60,696 nt of DNA, taken from Rotaria magnacalcarata. Lineage: Eukaryota. Of the stretch, positions 26,161 through 38,367 are shown piece by piece. The DNA lies in contig CBCSLL010000017.1 of NCBI GenBank assembly GCA_965140935.1, forward strand, positions 225,104-285,799, read 5' to 3'. How positions within the stretch are numbered: position 1 is the stretch's first letter; every line of letters starts with the position of its first letter. The notes below the pieces were generated by a model. It made no database searches. It was not told the DNA's origin and was given only the letters and a program-made list of their open reading frames with translations. The position numbers and the translations under genes are program-made.

Positions 26161-26974
26161 TTAACCCTTTGAGTCCTAAATTTTTTAAATTACCAGGAAT
26201 GGTAGACCTAGGTATGCTGATGAAGTCCTACTATAGGGCAGGTTTTGGCAATTCCGTGGTTTTATCTGAGGAGGATGCAAACTTGGGAAAAAATCGAAAG
26301 TTGGTTCCAAAGATGCCTTTGCCGTTTGACTTCGGAAGAAGCTACAGATCTGGGAGTTTCAGCATTAGATAGATGGCAGTTAGTCGATTCTAGAACATTA
26401 ATAAAAGTTAAAATTCTGTTTGGGTTTCATAGAGATATTTCAGTCAAAAAAACATCAAAAATTAGCATTTTTTGCAGGTTTTTCCCGAAAAAATAGAACA
26501 CGGGGGAAAGCATATCCGCTACAAAGAAATGATCAACTCAACGAGTGGCATCTATGGTAAAATTTTCAGACTTCTCACATTTGTAATATAGGAGTCAGAT
26601 AATGTCCGATTTGCCTGGGAGGTCCCACCTTGTCCTTCCAATTTGCACCCCTTTACAAGGTTTTCAATTTTTTCGAACCTACAGCTATGCTTACAGGTAT
26701 AAGTCCTACACAAGCGCTGCAAGTTTCATTCCATTCCAATAAAGTCGATGTAAACTTTGGTACACCTCAAATAAGCACCTCTATAGAGTCAAAACTTCGC
26801 AAGGTGCATGTTTCAATGTTGTCATCCATACAGTCCATTATTCATGCAATCGTGTAGGGATCTGTGTTAGCTTCTGACATTTTTTTTGAATATTTCTTTA
26901 AGATTCTCAAAAACTTGAGGACTAGAAGTGTTTCAAGGTGGGATATATGTGTCCCACCGGGACTCAAAGAGTTA
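26161..26974. mobile_element. piggyBac-like non-autonomous element (MITE), about 810 bp, with TTAA at both ends
   Basis: Left end ttaaccctttgagtcc (26161-26176) and right end ggactcaaagagttaa (26959-26974) form 15/16 inverted termini. Each begins CCYTTTGAGTCC directly after TTAA, like piggyBac-family TIRs (5' CCC... inserted at TTAA). Internal ORFs are short and unconserved. A third copy of the terminus (ttaaccatttgagttcc) sits at 27426-27442. Confidence 0.45.
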
Positions 26975-28570
26975 AACATTACAACGGAGGATCCATTGAA
27001 TTTTCCACTAATATATTATATAAAACAACTAAGTATGAAATACATTATATAACATGGCTTATGCACATTGTCCAACAAAATTCAGGGTAGTAAATTTAGA
27101 AAAAATATTGCATATTTTACTTTACGAACGAGAACATCAATGTTAGTTAACTTATGTTTTAAAAGTAGTGATTGACGATTATATTAATCATGGAGAATAA
27201 TAAGTAAAAGAAATGTTTTTCTTTATACAAAAATGAACGCAACATGAATGCTATACACGTTGATATCATTCTACATTCATGTAAATCAATCCTTGAACGC
27301 TGATTTCTTCAAGATATTTCATTACTCAATTAGAATTTGGCTAATAAACAATGATACTCTTAATTTTTGTGATAATCATATAAAGATGTTGACGTTCTAT
27401 TATTAGAAAATCCGAACGATATCATTTAACCATTTGAGTTCCAGTGGTGCATATACATTCTACCTCGAGAGTTTTCAAATTTTCGAGCTTTTCAGAATCT
27501 TTGAAATATGTTTTCAATAAATGCTAGAAGCTAGCAAAGATCCCTACAAGATTAAACGGACAATATAGTCTATGGAGAATATTGAGAAGTGCTTCATGCC
27601 AAGTTTCTTTAGTCAAAAAACGTTTTGACCTTATAACCTCGATTTTAAAAATCTTTCATTTTTTCCTTTTCGTTAGCATAGTTCATTCAAACGAAGTAAA
27701 GATAGAAGTAGAAAGCAAATACAAGAAGCATATGGGAGTGTGTGTGCGTCCACTGCTCAGGTCTATAATCGCCTATTCCCACATTCACACTAACACCCAG
27801 ATCCAGTCACTGAAGAAATGTTTCTCTTTTATGGCTTTAAAACTGAAGATGAGATAAGACAGCAATTAAAAAAGAAAAATTATTAGGATTTTGCCTTTGT
27901 CTTCAGAGTGATTGTACAACAGGTAACGATAATTGGGTAACCGATACAAGTGGTTCTAACTCTACAGTAGTTATTAATAATGATACGAAAAATACGGCAT
28001 TTCTAACGAACGATTGTATACGATTGATGTTAGGAAAACATTCTAGCAAGTTCTTTTTCAAAATAAATCTATTGAATTTTGGTTAGTTTTCAGTACCTTC
28101 ATTAACTTGTTTTTGTTTTAATTTTTTTCATGAAAAATATCTTCTTGAAACCGAAATAGAAAAGAACTTAAATATTTTAGGATAATATCTAGACTTCTGA
28201 AGCATGAAACAGCGAATCAATATCAGGATTAATTGATAGAAAACGTTGCGTTCGCACTCGTCAACAGTCGTTATTACACCGTATGGTCATCATTTACCAC
28301 CCTAAATCACGGCATAATTCCATTCATTTTGACGAATCTGAACATCACGTAAGAAAATCACTTAAGATCTTTGTTTTATAGAATGTTGATACACCAGGCT
28401 ATGGAAATACACAAGTGATGTAAAACAACTATTATTAATGATAAAATGTTTCATAATGAAGATGACTATAGAATGAACATTATATTTTTTTTGTTTTATG
28501 TAAATACGCTTTTTTTCTTGATTATTTATAAGCATATACAAGTAAAGAGTAGATGACGAGATTTGATTAA

Positions 28571-28745
28571 AGAATAGTGGTGGCGCCACGGTGGGGCTAA
28601 GGGAAGCTGAGCCCTCAGATTTTTTTTTGGAGATTTCCTAGTGAGTTTAATTTTTTCTGATATTAATATTTCAGAGCTTGGAATCGAGTCCGCTCACATC
28701 TAAATTTCTGGCGCTGCCGCTATTAAAGAACCCTGGTTTAACCAT
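28571..28745 (+). mobile_element. Possible tRNA-derived SINE / pol III-type retroposon fragment
   Basis: GC-rich head ggtggcgccacggtggggctaagggaagctgagccc and a B-box-like ggaatcgagtccgct (compare GGTTCGAATCC), then an A-rich tail. No clean tRNA cloverleaf. Weak. Confidence 0.2.
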
Positions 28746-29774
28746 AAAAGAATTTCTACATCAATAAATAAGAAACTTCGTTTTCAATGTATGACATCAG
28801 TACTGATAGCAAGGGAGCGTCTGGATGGCACAACCGTCACCAATGTTATCTTGATACTTGTTGTGTGTTGCTCTCTCTAGCGTCCCTCTCTTTTTCTGTT
28901 ATTGTCTTTTGCGCCTAATGTTGTTACTTTAATATAATTCTATTCTTATTCTAATTTTCTTGACGCGTTTGTCTCTTCTCTTAAATGTAATCACATCGAC
29001 ACACTCCATATCGTTCGCTCATCATGCAAGCGTATCTATATCCACTTCGACTATTCCATTCTCTCAAAACGCTTGCTAGCTACTTTCTTTGTCAAGTTCT
29101 TGTTCGCATATTTTTTCTGTTCATTGAATATATTATTGGATCTTTATCTACATTAAATTTTTATTTATCTCATGAATACTATCTGACATAACCAACTATT
29201 GTTGTACCTAGTATTTTGAACATTTGCGTCTGTGATCCTTGTCAACACGATACACATGCCCCTTTAGGCAGAAGAAATAGATGAAATATTTATTACGCAT
29301 GAATGGATAAGTAATATACACGCAGGAATAGGTAAATTTGAGAATACATTGGTTTTATCATCTAGGTTGGGTATAATAAAAAAAAGAGAAAAGTACTTAT
29401 ACGCATGAATTGAAGTAGGTATAATTGTATCGAAATAGTTTTTGCATATCTGCAACGTTTAAGCCGGAAATCAATTAGTTTCCAGTGATATTTCGTAGAG
29501 TCTTACTACTTTGTATATGAGTAAAGTTCTTGAAAGAGTCGAAATCTTTCCATTATAACATTGTAAAAACTTGAAAATAAGCGATCTTTATTTTTCAGCA
29601 CTCTACGATGTTTGCATTTGGTCAGATGCAGCCTGGTGCAGTGCCATCATATGAAGTACGAGGATTTCACGTTTTCTTTGGTAGACAAATTATTCCTCGA
29701 GTTAAATGAATCGGATTCAAAGATTTAGAACAAGGTTACGGTTAGTCATCACTGCTAGTTTTTCTAAATTTCCA

Positions 29775-30668
29775 TATATACCGGGTGTTCCAAAAGTTCC
29801 TTTAAATAAAAAAGATTTAATATCTCCACCGCTCTTTCATCAAATGAGCTCATTTTTTCTTGATGGTGGAGGATACTTTGAAGTATTTTTTCATTGGAAA
29901 ACTATGAATAGATACAGCTTTGAACTGTCACTTTTAACTTGAATATCGAAATGTATCCATTTTCGATATCTAAAAAAATCCTTTCGACGGAGAATTCCTG
30001 AGATCATTAAAAGCGTTTGAGTGATTAGAAGCTTTTGCGACCATATTTTCCCCACTACTAGAGGACCACTGGACAATAATGACTTCCAAAAGGTTCATGC
30101 TCTTGTGCAGTTTTGGCTGAGATATGAAATTTTCAGTGACTTATCTCTTCGATGACCCCAATTTTTCGAAGAAAATTATAGTTTAGAATTTTGACCTGAA
30201 ACTTTGGCCAAAATGAGGTTTCACTGAGAGTAGTTTCTGTACAAAATTTCAGGATTTTTGGATATAGTCGTTCCGAGATCTGAATTTTTCAAATTTTGCA
30301 CAATATCGACAGAAACAGCGCCTAAATTTTGAAAAATTCATATCTCAGAAAGGTCATATCCGAAAATTCTGAAATTTTGTACAGAACCTAGTTTGTGTGA
30401 GACCTCGCTTTGATCAAAGTTTCAGGCCGAAATTAATAATCTCGGGAAATTTCCTTTGAATATTCTCTTTGGAAAATCGAAAATCGGTACATTTCGATAT
30501 TCAAGTCAGAAACGATAGTTCAAAGCAATATCTATTCATAGTTTTCCCATGAAAAAAAACTTCAAAGTATACTCCACCACCGGAAAAAAAATGAGCTCAT
30601 TTGATGAAAGAGCGGTGGAGATATTAATTTTTTTATTCAAAGGAACTTTTGGAACACCCGGTATATAC
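29775..30668. mobile_element. Long palindromic foldback element, about 890 bp, with roughly 200-bp terminal inverted arms and a second internal palindrome
   Basis: Left arm tatataccgggtgttccaaaagttcctttaaataaaaaagatttaatatctccaccgctctttcatcaaatgagctcatttttt... is the reverse complement, at about 90% identity, of the right arm ending ...aaaaaaaatgagctcatttgatgaaagagcggtggagatattaattttttt attcaaaggaacttttggaacacccggtatata. The interior (about 30200-30420) is itself inverted around about 30300 (gacctgaaactttggcc ... ggcctgaaactttgatc). ORFs 29706..29942 (+) and 30536..30739 (-) share YIPGVPKVPLNKK purely from the symmetry. Confidence 0.7.
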
Positions 30669-31918
30669 TCGACCTTTCTTAGGAGCAGACAATGATCATG
30701 TCTTCTTTTTTGGGCAGATTGTTCAAGGGGCAAAACCATTCTTTTTCGAAGTGCTTACAAATGGCTATGCCCACGATCGTGATCATGCTTATCAATACCG
30801 ACGAATCATTCCGGGTGTTAAACCTTTTGGTTTTCAAGCGCCATAGACATCAACCTCCTAGTATATCATTCATCAATCGATTGTCCCTTCTACGAAAATA
30901 AGCTGAAATTTATTTCTATAACCTCATAGCATCTGTATTTTTTCACTCAAAATATATTCTAACTGCTCTGCATAGAAGAAATCCAAAAATTTACAAGAAT
31001 CTCTACAGATAGTCCTTCTTTACAAAAGAAGATTAAATTTATCAAGGTATCAATGTCCACGATATCCAGATTTTAGTTAGTCGAGGAACTAATGTAGAAA
31101 AAGAAATTGACAAAAAAATACAGACGCAAATCATCTCAATCTCGTAGCCAGAAATACAGACAACGAAGACCTACTCGAAAACTATATCAAATGAGGAGCC
31201 TTCAATTGTGTGCCGCATGTGAACAGTCGGACAACGCTGAGATGAAAATCAAGTAAGAACAGAAAATCATTAATACTGAATATAGCTCAGATTTTCATTT
31301 CGAATCGAATGCGAGAGCAATGTAAAGTTTATCTGCACTTTCTAATGAGGTTCATCGAAATATTTCTCTCGAAAACGTTAGTCTGCATTGATTCAATATT
31401 CTTTCTGTATATAATCCGTTCAAAATTAATTAAAATGTGAGTAACAATTAAAAATCCAATCCCCCGCTTCATAGAAGTGAAATCTGAATATTGGTCTTAA
31501 GATTAAATCGATTTGAAAATAAAAAAAAAGCATACTGTCATGCATCAAGAGCTGATCAATTGCGAATAAAACAACTTTATTTATTGTTCTTAATTCTAGT
31601 GTAATAGTGGAAATAATCAAATATACAATGCCATTCATATTCTGCTTGTTCCGTTTCATATGTTTTTTTATTTGATTACACTTTAGATATCTAACTTTGA
31701 AATAGTGTTACAACAATATTAAATGGTCAATTTTTCTCTGCCCTATCTGAATCGAGATTTATTAATAAAACTAACAACAGCAAAAGAAAAAGTATTGAAA
31801 AATACTATCAAGTTCTTTCTGCCTTTTTGAAAGTAATTACAAGTATTTACAAATGAATTTGTCGTTTCTTCTATTCACCTCATGAAATATTCAAAAGCAA
31901 AATGATATATCGAAAAAA

Positions 31919-32464
31919 TCATTTTTTTATTTCTCTTGTAAATACATGCGCATGAAAAACACCCGAAATAGATCTTAAACGTTGTGGATTGATAAAAAAA
32001 AATCTTTCAAATCTTTCAGAATGAAATTCTCTATTCATAACTTGTTCAATAATTTTCTCTGGTTCTTTTGGCTTTGGGTCACACCAAATAAGCCAATGTT
32101 GAATGCCATCAGCTAGATAATATGGAAAAGCATTTGGTGTTACGAGTGGTTCTTTAATTGAATTTTCACTTGGAATAGCAATACATGTTTGACTAGTTTT
32201 ATCAATATCTACATCCCATTTAAGATAATGTATACGGATAAAATCATTGATTGATTTATATTCTTTCGAAATTAATTTCTGATGTTCAATATAACGTTGA
32301 GTATTATGTGTATCACGCCAAAGAGGATATTTTTGTCCATCGTCCAGCCATTTTATTAAATGATTCCATTCAATTGGTTTATTAACTATCAGATTTCGTG
32401 TTAATTCACCTGTCGATAGAGATCGTAGATGGAAAAGACGTTTTTTAATAAATATATTCAACAT
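31919..32464 (-). CDS. Intronless gene for a 181-aa protein of unknown function (HxH-containing, His/Trp-rich motifs)
   Basis: Uninterrupted ATG-initiated ORF (MLNIFIKKRLFHLRSLSTGE...YLADGIQHWLIWCDPKPKEPEKIIEQVMNREFHSERFERFFFINPQRLRSISGVFHAHVFTREIKK) in a genome whose genes are otherwise multi-exonic. Well-behaved composition, not low-complexity. Family not recognised with confidence. Confidence 0.45.
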   Translation of the reverse strand: MLNIFIKKRLFHLRSLSTGELTRNLIVNKPIEWNHLIKWLDDGQKYPLWRDTHNTQRYIEHQKLISKEYKSINDFIRIHYLKWDVDIDKTSQTCIAIPSENSIKEPLVTPNAFPYYLADGIQHWLIWCDPKPKEPEKIIEQVMNREFHSERFERFFFINPQRLRSISGVFHAHVFTREIKK

Positions 32465-32804
32465 AAATAACAGAAAAGAGAAGAAAAAAAAAGAAAACTA
32501 TTATTGGAGCGACTCGTACGCCATCTTGATTCGAGACTGCATAGACGCGATATACAATTCGTCAGCTGATTTGTGTTGTTGTTATTATTTATTGTTTATA
32601 TATCATTTGTTCATTTAACAATTAATACTATCATTGAATCTTACTATTTTCAACAATGGAATGGATGAAAGTTGTTCGATTAATTACGCGTATATTTCGT
32701 GTTGTTTAATTATACTTTCGAATATAGTATATCTTGCTTTTACATTCATCAAACTTTTTCTTCAACATCATCGACGAAGACGATTATCGCGACAAATACA
32801 AAAA

Positions 32805-35800
32805 ATGACAGATAATACAAATGAAACAATAGCATCATCGCGAATGGCAACAAGATCAACAACGACAACAACACCTACAACAACGACTTCAAAAACGACG
32901 AATAATAAAAATGGTTATGAACGTCTTGCTCAACTTTATCCACATGTTAGTGATGATTTACATTTACCTGCAAAATGGAATGGCAAAGATAAAGCGTCAA
33001 CTTTATTTCTTCAACAAAATGATCTTGTTGTGACATATAAAGGTAAACTATATGATAAACTAAGATCGATATAATCAAGTCTTTTCTTTTAAGGTCCTGG
33101 TAAATCACATAAAGATGCAGCTAGTGTTCGTTCGGATTATCCTATTCCGTCATTGACCGGTATCTATTATTTTGAAGTGAAAATTCTGAGCAAAGGTCGA
33201 GATGGGTAAGTGTAACTTTTATTTCTTGTAATAATTTTAAATTGAACTAATTCACGTAAATACTCTTGCTAAGAAAAAACTATCTATGAATAGATTTAAA
33301 ATTTATGGTAAAGACTTTCTGAATATTCTTCGAGCAGGCATCTTCTTTCAGAGAACGAAAGTGCATAATCTGAGATTATACTCTTTTTCTTAAAGGGACA
33401 TTCTTCATTATCTTAGTGCAGATTTGCAGTTTTCCGCTGAAGAAATAATAGATTGACCTTTCTTGTTCTACTCAAGATGCAGTATTCGTTTGCCTAACGA
33501 GGCCTGAAGGTTATTGTATTAGCAAGGAAAGTTTTTTTCTTCTATTCTATGCATTTATATTCACAGATTGGAATGGATAGATTTCGAAATATTAATTTTT
33601 TTGTTTTTGTAATTAGATACATGGGTATTGGCCTATCAACAAGTGAAGTGAATCTCAGTCGTTTACCAGGATGGGATAAAGGTTCATATGGTTATCACGG
33701 TGACGATGGTCATTCATTTTGTTCATCAGGTTCAGGTATTATCTACGGACCGACATTTACAACTGGTGATTACGTTGGATGTTGCGTCAATTTCCTTGAA
33801 AATTCCTGTTTCTACACTCGTAACGGTTACAATCTTGGTAAATATAGTTTTTGAAAAAGAAAAATTCATATATTTATCTTGTTTTCTTTTTAAAGGTACA
33901 TCGTTCCGAGATATACCCGTATGTATTTTTTTTATTTTTCATTTATTCGCTTAATCAAATTTTTTACATATCTTAGGCGGAAATTTATCCGACAGTTGGC
34001 TTACAAACACCTCATGAAGCCGTTGAAGCCAATTTTGGTCTTAGTCCCTTTAAATTTGACATAGAAAAATATATCGATGTAAGTAAACTAATCCAAATAA
34101 GAATAAGAATTTTATTTCACTTGAAATAGGAATATCGCGAAAAAACGCGTCGAGCAATCATTGAATGCACAATAAAAGAAGGCGAGCTATTACATCAAAT
34201 ACAATTACGTCGTATTGTTTCTACATATCTCGTCCATTATGGATATTGTGCTACGGCTGAACAATTCAATAAAAATGCTGAGAGTGTATATGCTGACGAA
34301 CTCAATTCCATGCGCAATAGGCAACGTAAGTACCGGGGAAAAGTCAAAAGATTGTTTTGAAATCTTTTGATAATACGTTACGTATTCAATGGAATTGGAA
34401 ATTGTTTATTTTTAGTCATACAACATTTGATTCTTGATGGCCGCACAACCGATGCTATTGAAAAGACGAGAGAACTTTTTCCGACTTTGCTCAACGATAA
34501 AAATCTTCTATTTGTATTAAAAGTCCGTCAGTTTATTGAAATGGTCAATGGAACTGAAAGCGAAATTCGAAAAAAATCAATATCATGTCCATCATCCTGT
34601 TCTTCCCAATCTATGACAACAACAAATTGTCCATCGCCTACTAATTGTGCTGCTAATAATAGAAATCGTTCGAACAGTCCTTCGTGTTCATCGTCATTGT
34701 CGAATAAAAATCATTCTTATCCAACAACAACTGGACGATCATCATCACCGATGAAAAAAACCAATACATCTTCACGTTCTCGCTCAAATAGTCCGTATAC
34801 ATCAAGCCGTACACAAATGACTACTATATCGGGAGCACAACAACAACATAACAACGGTACAACTAGTGTTTTATCTCGTCGATCAAGTGCAAATAATTCT
34901 AACGAGTTATCACAAGGTATATTCATTTTATTGTTTTTTTTGTTTTGGTATAAATTTTTGTTCTTGTTAATATAGAACTTCTTAATAATGAATCAAAATT
35001 ATTACAAAAATCATGTCAAAATTCAGAATCAAATAGTCATACAACAACAGTGAATTCCATGCCATCGGATGCATCTAGCAATGCTGTTGTGAATCTTATG
35101 GATATTGATGATAATCATCATGGTAATAATACAGCAAATGGTTTTAGAAATCATGGAACAGTATCTCAGTCTTCTTCTTCGTCGTCGTCGTCGTCCTCCT
35201 CCTCTTCTTCTGCAACAAACCAAATCGCTAATGGGTATTCACTATCAAACGATAATAGCAATAATCCAGTCGTTGATCACAATGCAAATAGTAATGGATG
35301 TTCAACAAAATCAACTGATATTATTGATAGTATGGAATATGATGGTTATGCTGATTCAACTCATACTACGATGGATATGGAAACAATGTCATCTGATGTA
35401 CAGAGAAAACCAACGAGAAAAGAAGACGATCAACTTCTTGTTAGAATTCTTCAATTTGGTCGAGAATTACATGCACTCAAACAACAATTGACCATTGAAC
35501 ATGGAGAAAATCAACAAAATGATAAAATGCTCCAAGTAAATATCTTTTGTTTGTCGATTGATTCAAGTAGTTGTAAGATGATAAGTTCATTACAAAATAG
35601 CATAAGACAATACGAAGTATTCATTACAACTAGAGTCTCTATGAATACAGATATTTAGAACTTTTTACTTGAGACACTTGCAAAAATCTAATTAGTTGAT
35701 TTCAAAATAGTAATCTGTATCTTTCAGCTATCTATAATACTATTCAGTTAGAACGGTGTCAAGATACGAAACTGATCTTTTTTTCCAATCTTCCACCAAG

Positions 35801-36189
35801 CAAAAACAATGAATAGAGAGTTTTATTTAGTAGTTTATACATGGAATTTTTTTCATTTTTAGGATGCATTCAGTTTGTTAGCATATTCCGATCCGAAATT
35901 ATCACCACTCGCTCATCTATTAGAACCATCTCAACGTGAAAATGTTTCTAGTGCAGTCAATAGTGCCATACTTGGTATGTAGCTGATGAAAACATTCTTC
36001 ACACGTTTTTAATAAATCTATATTAACGTGTGATCTTTGTATTTTGTTCTTTTTGCAGAAGCACACGATATGCCAAGACATCCAGCACTAGAAGTACTCG
36101 TTGGTTATTTGCATGAATGTGACAAGTTAATGCACAAAAATAACATACCAGATTGTGCTTTTATTGACTTAAACAAATATTTGCGATAA
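32805..36189 (+). CDS. RANBP9: RanBP9/RanBP10 (RanBPM) homologue with SPRY, LisH and CTLH/CRA domains; 9 exons
   Basis: Exons (approx): 32805-33041, 33095-33205, 33607-33840, 33978-34080, 34130-34326, 34415-34916, 34976-35536, 35863-35980, 36058-36189. The SPRY core is almost identical to vertebrate RanBP9 (YMGIGLS...[60 protein letters not shown]). LisH: [27 protein letters not shown]: [20 protein letters not shown]-terminus: [12 protein letters not shown]...SAVNSAIL...[27 protein letters not shown], stop 36187-36189. Long poly-Ser and low-complexity insert in exon 7. Confidence 0.9.
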
Positions 36190-36900
36190 GAAGAAAAAAA
36201 TATTATATATGTATATGTAGAACATTGTCGATTTGTTTATTTCTTCCTTTTTATTATTGTTTCTAAACACATGTATTAGCAACATTTCTTTATTACAGGT
36301 TATTTTGCGTTCGTGTTTTTTTTTCTCCTTTTTTTTGTTTTTTTCTAGAAACATTTTTGAAGCAGAAACAAGAATTTTCTCATTCTCATTATCACTATTC
36401 TTGAAGATTAAGCGAGCACAAAAGAGGCTTTTATCAGACACAAAACATTATGTGTAGGTGTGTACAGTTTCCTTCTTCTCTCTCTCTCTGGATCATTCTC
36501 TCATTGACTCTTTCTCCTTTATGTGTTTTATTGTCGATGAGTTAAAGACATAAGAAGATTTTTCTTTTTTTGCCATTCTATCTTGTACTATATAAGCACC
36601 TGTAATTTAAAACAAAACCATACTCCTCTTCGCTGCTCTACAATATGTTCTCGCGACATTTCTTCATTGTTTTTTTTTTCGCAACAACCATTAGAGTGAA
36701 TAGGTCACTTCCAAGTGTCTGTTACTAATGGTTGAAATAAAATTTTGTTCCATGATTTATCGTGACAACATAAGAAAAAAACAAAAAATAGTTCTGATCT
36801 TTCATTACATAATGTTGTTTCTACTCTATCATAATAAACACAGTATTAACGAAACAAAACAAAAAAAGCGCCTAACCCAAGGTTTGATATAAACAAGAAG

Positions 36901-37659
36901 ATGAGTTGGTTACGCACAGCTGCATCCGCATATTCACATATGACCGCTGATCCTGAATGGCCTAAATTTGACATTGTGGAAAATAACAAGGTATTATTTA
37001 TTATATTGATAAAAATATATTATTTATTATATTGATAAAAATATGTCGTAATTATTGTTTTCAATTAATCAGTCCTACGAGAAACGTCATTATCACCCAT
37101 TCACCTGTGCAGCATATTCATTTACTGCTAAATCTGGCGATGAGCCTGTTATGTCTAATCTATGGAAACTTGTTAAGTATACACAAGGCGGAAATGCCGA
37201 TGGTAAACTTTTATAGTTTGATATCAGATAGAAATAAAGCACGTTGCTTTTTTTGTTCTTCTTCTAGATAAAGTACTTAAAATATGTCTTCCGATAATGG
37301 TTAAAGTTCGACCATTGCTAACAGCCGAAGCAGAAAATCAATTTACAATAATGTTAATACTCGATAAAGATAATAATGCCAGTCCACCACCAACACCGAC
37401 TATCGAAGGTGTTTTTATTTGCCATCAACCTGAACAAATTTTATATGCAAAACGCTTCAGTGGTTTTGCAAAAGAAAACGATTGGAAACGAGAAAGTGCT
37501 AAGATATTAGACGTATGTAAAGAATTATCGATTAACCGGACAGAAGTTATTTCAGCAACATACGATATGCCAATGAAACTCTTCAATCGACATAACGAAG
37601 TTCTAGTTGCTGAGCTTAGTGAAAACATTCCAAATGATGCAGCCGTTAATGTTTCTTAA
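36901..37659 (+). CDS. SOUL / heme-binding protein (HEBP1/2) family; 3 exons (36901-36990, 37073-37202, 37268-37659)
   Basis: MSWLRTAASAYSHMTADPEWPKFDIVENNK | SYEKRHYHPFTCAAYSFTAK... | ...ISATYDMPMKLFNRHNEVLVAELSENIPNDAAVNVS. Matches HEBP2 motifs SYEIRHY and YTAGYNSPVKLLNRNNEVWLIQ. Splice sites read directly: aag|gtatta...aatcag|TCC and GATG|gtaaac...ttctag|ATAAAG. Confidence 0.8.
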
Positions 37660-38367
37660 GTGTGTGCTTTTAATTTGATATGAACAAAAAAAACCAAACA
37701 ATACATCTAACAGATTTACGATGCTTTTCGTCGTTAATTGAATAAAGGCTTGATTAAATGCAATTAAATTCAATACTCGTCTTATTATTAAGAACACAGA
37801 TTTATCTAGTCTATTTACTTTTTTTCTCTCAAGTAAAGAAAGATAAGTTCTGTAAGACGAAAGTTTCACAATGTATTTTATTTTTAATGCATCTGCGCGC
37901 AAGGTCATGGTAGCAGATTGTTTTGTCTCTCTCAAAAGATGCACCATTCTGCACTCAACTTGAGTCCAAAAATTTGGTAGACTAATAAAAGTCTATGCAC
38001 TCTTTCATGCAACATATGAAATAATTTGAACATTCATTCATCGACTGTCACGTCATCATCATGGGATGACACTCATCAAAAAACAAAAAGGTCTGCATTG
38101 TGCGTTACTAATCAAATATTCACAGCTTGATAAAGCATTTTTTTTTCAATGAGAGGATCGAATTCAATTTCTCTCACAACTTATCGTTTCTCAATTTTTA
38201 ATAGAGAGTATCCAATGATAGATTGAACATATTCGTATTTGCAGCATACCACAAGTAGCACACAGAAATATATCTTAATTGCAACAAAAACATGTAGAAA
38301 TCAATTCGATTATACAAAAAGGAAATGAACAAATAATATAAAAGATTGTCGCGTATCGTAATTATGA

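Noticed and set aside
24000-28500. Numerous 60-90-aa ORFs on both strands (for example 24217..24438, 25200..25436, 26097..26372, 27582..27857) as candidate small genes
   Set aside because: None has recognisable conservation or splice-site context. They fall in the transposon-rich desert and several sit inside the piggyBac-like element, so they are most likely decayed TE fragments or chance ORFs in AT-rich DNA.
32634-32804. Extending the RanBP9 CDS upstream to the ORF-track start at 32634 (MNLTIFNNGMDESC...)
   Set aside because: Position 32634 is a TTG, not an ATG. The upstream frame encodes a hydrophobic TM-like segment not expected in RanBP9. The first in-frame ATG with a sensible N-terminus is at 32805 (MTDNTNE...).
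33688-33954. ORFs 33688..33954, 35105..35491, 34717..34926, 53569..53823, 54391..54585 and 6568..6834 as possible overlapping genes
   Set aside because: Each is an alternative frame or antisense of a confidently identified conserved exon (RanBP9 SPRY and poly-Ser exons, BAH-protein low-complexity exon, doublecortin exon). Low-complexity, codon-repeat-driven open frames of this kind are expected by chance.
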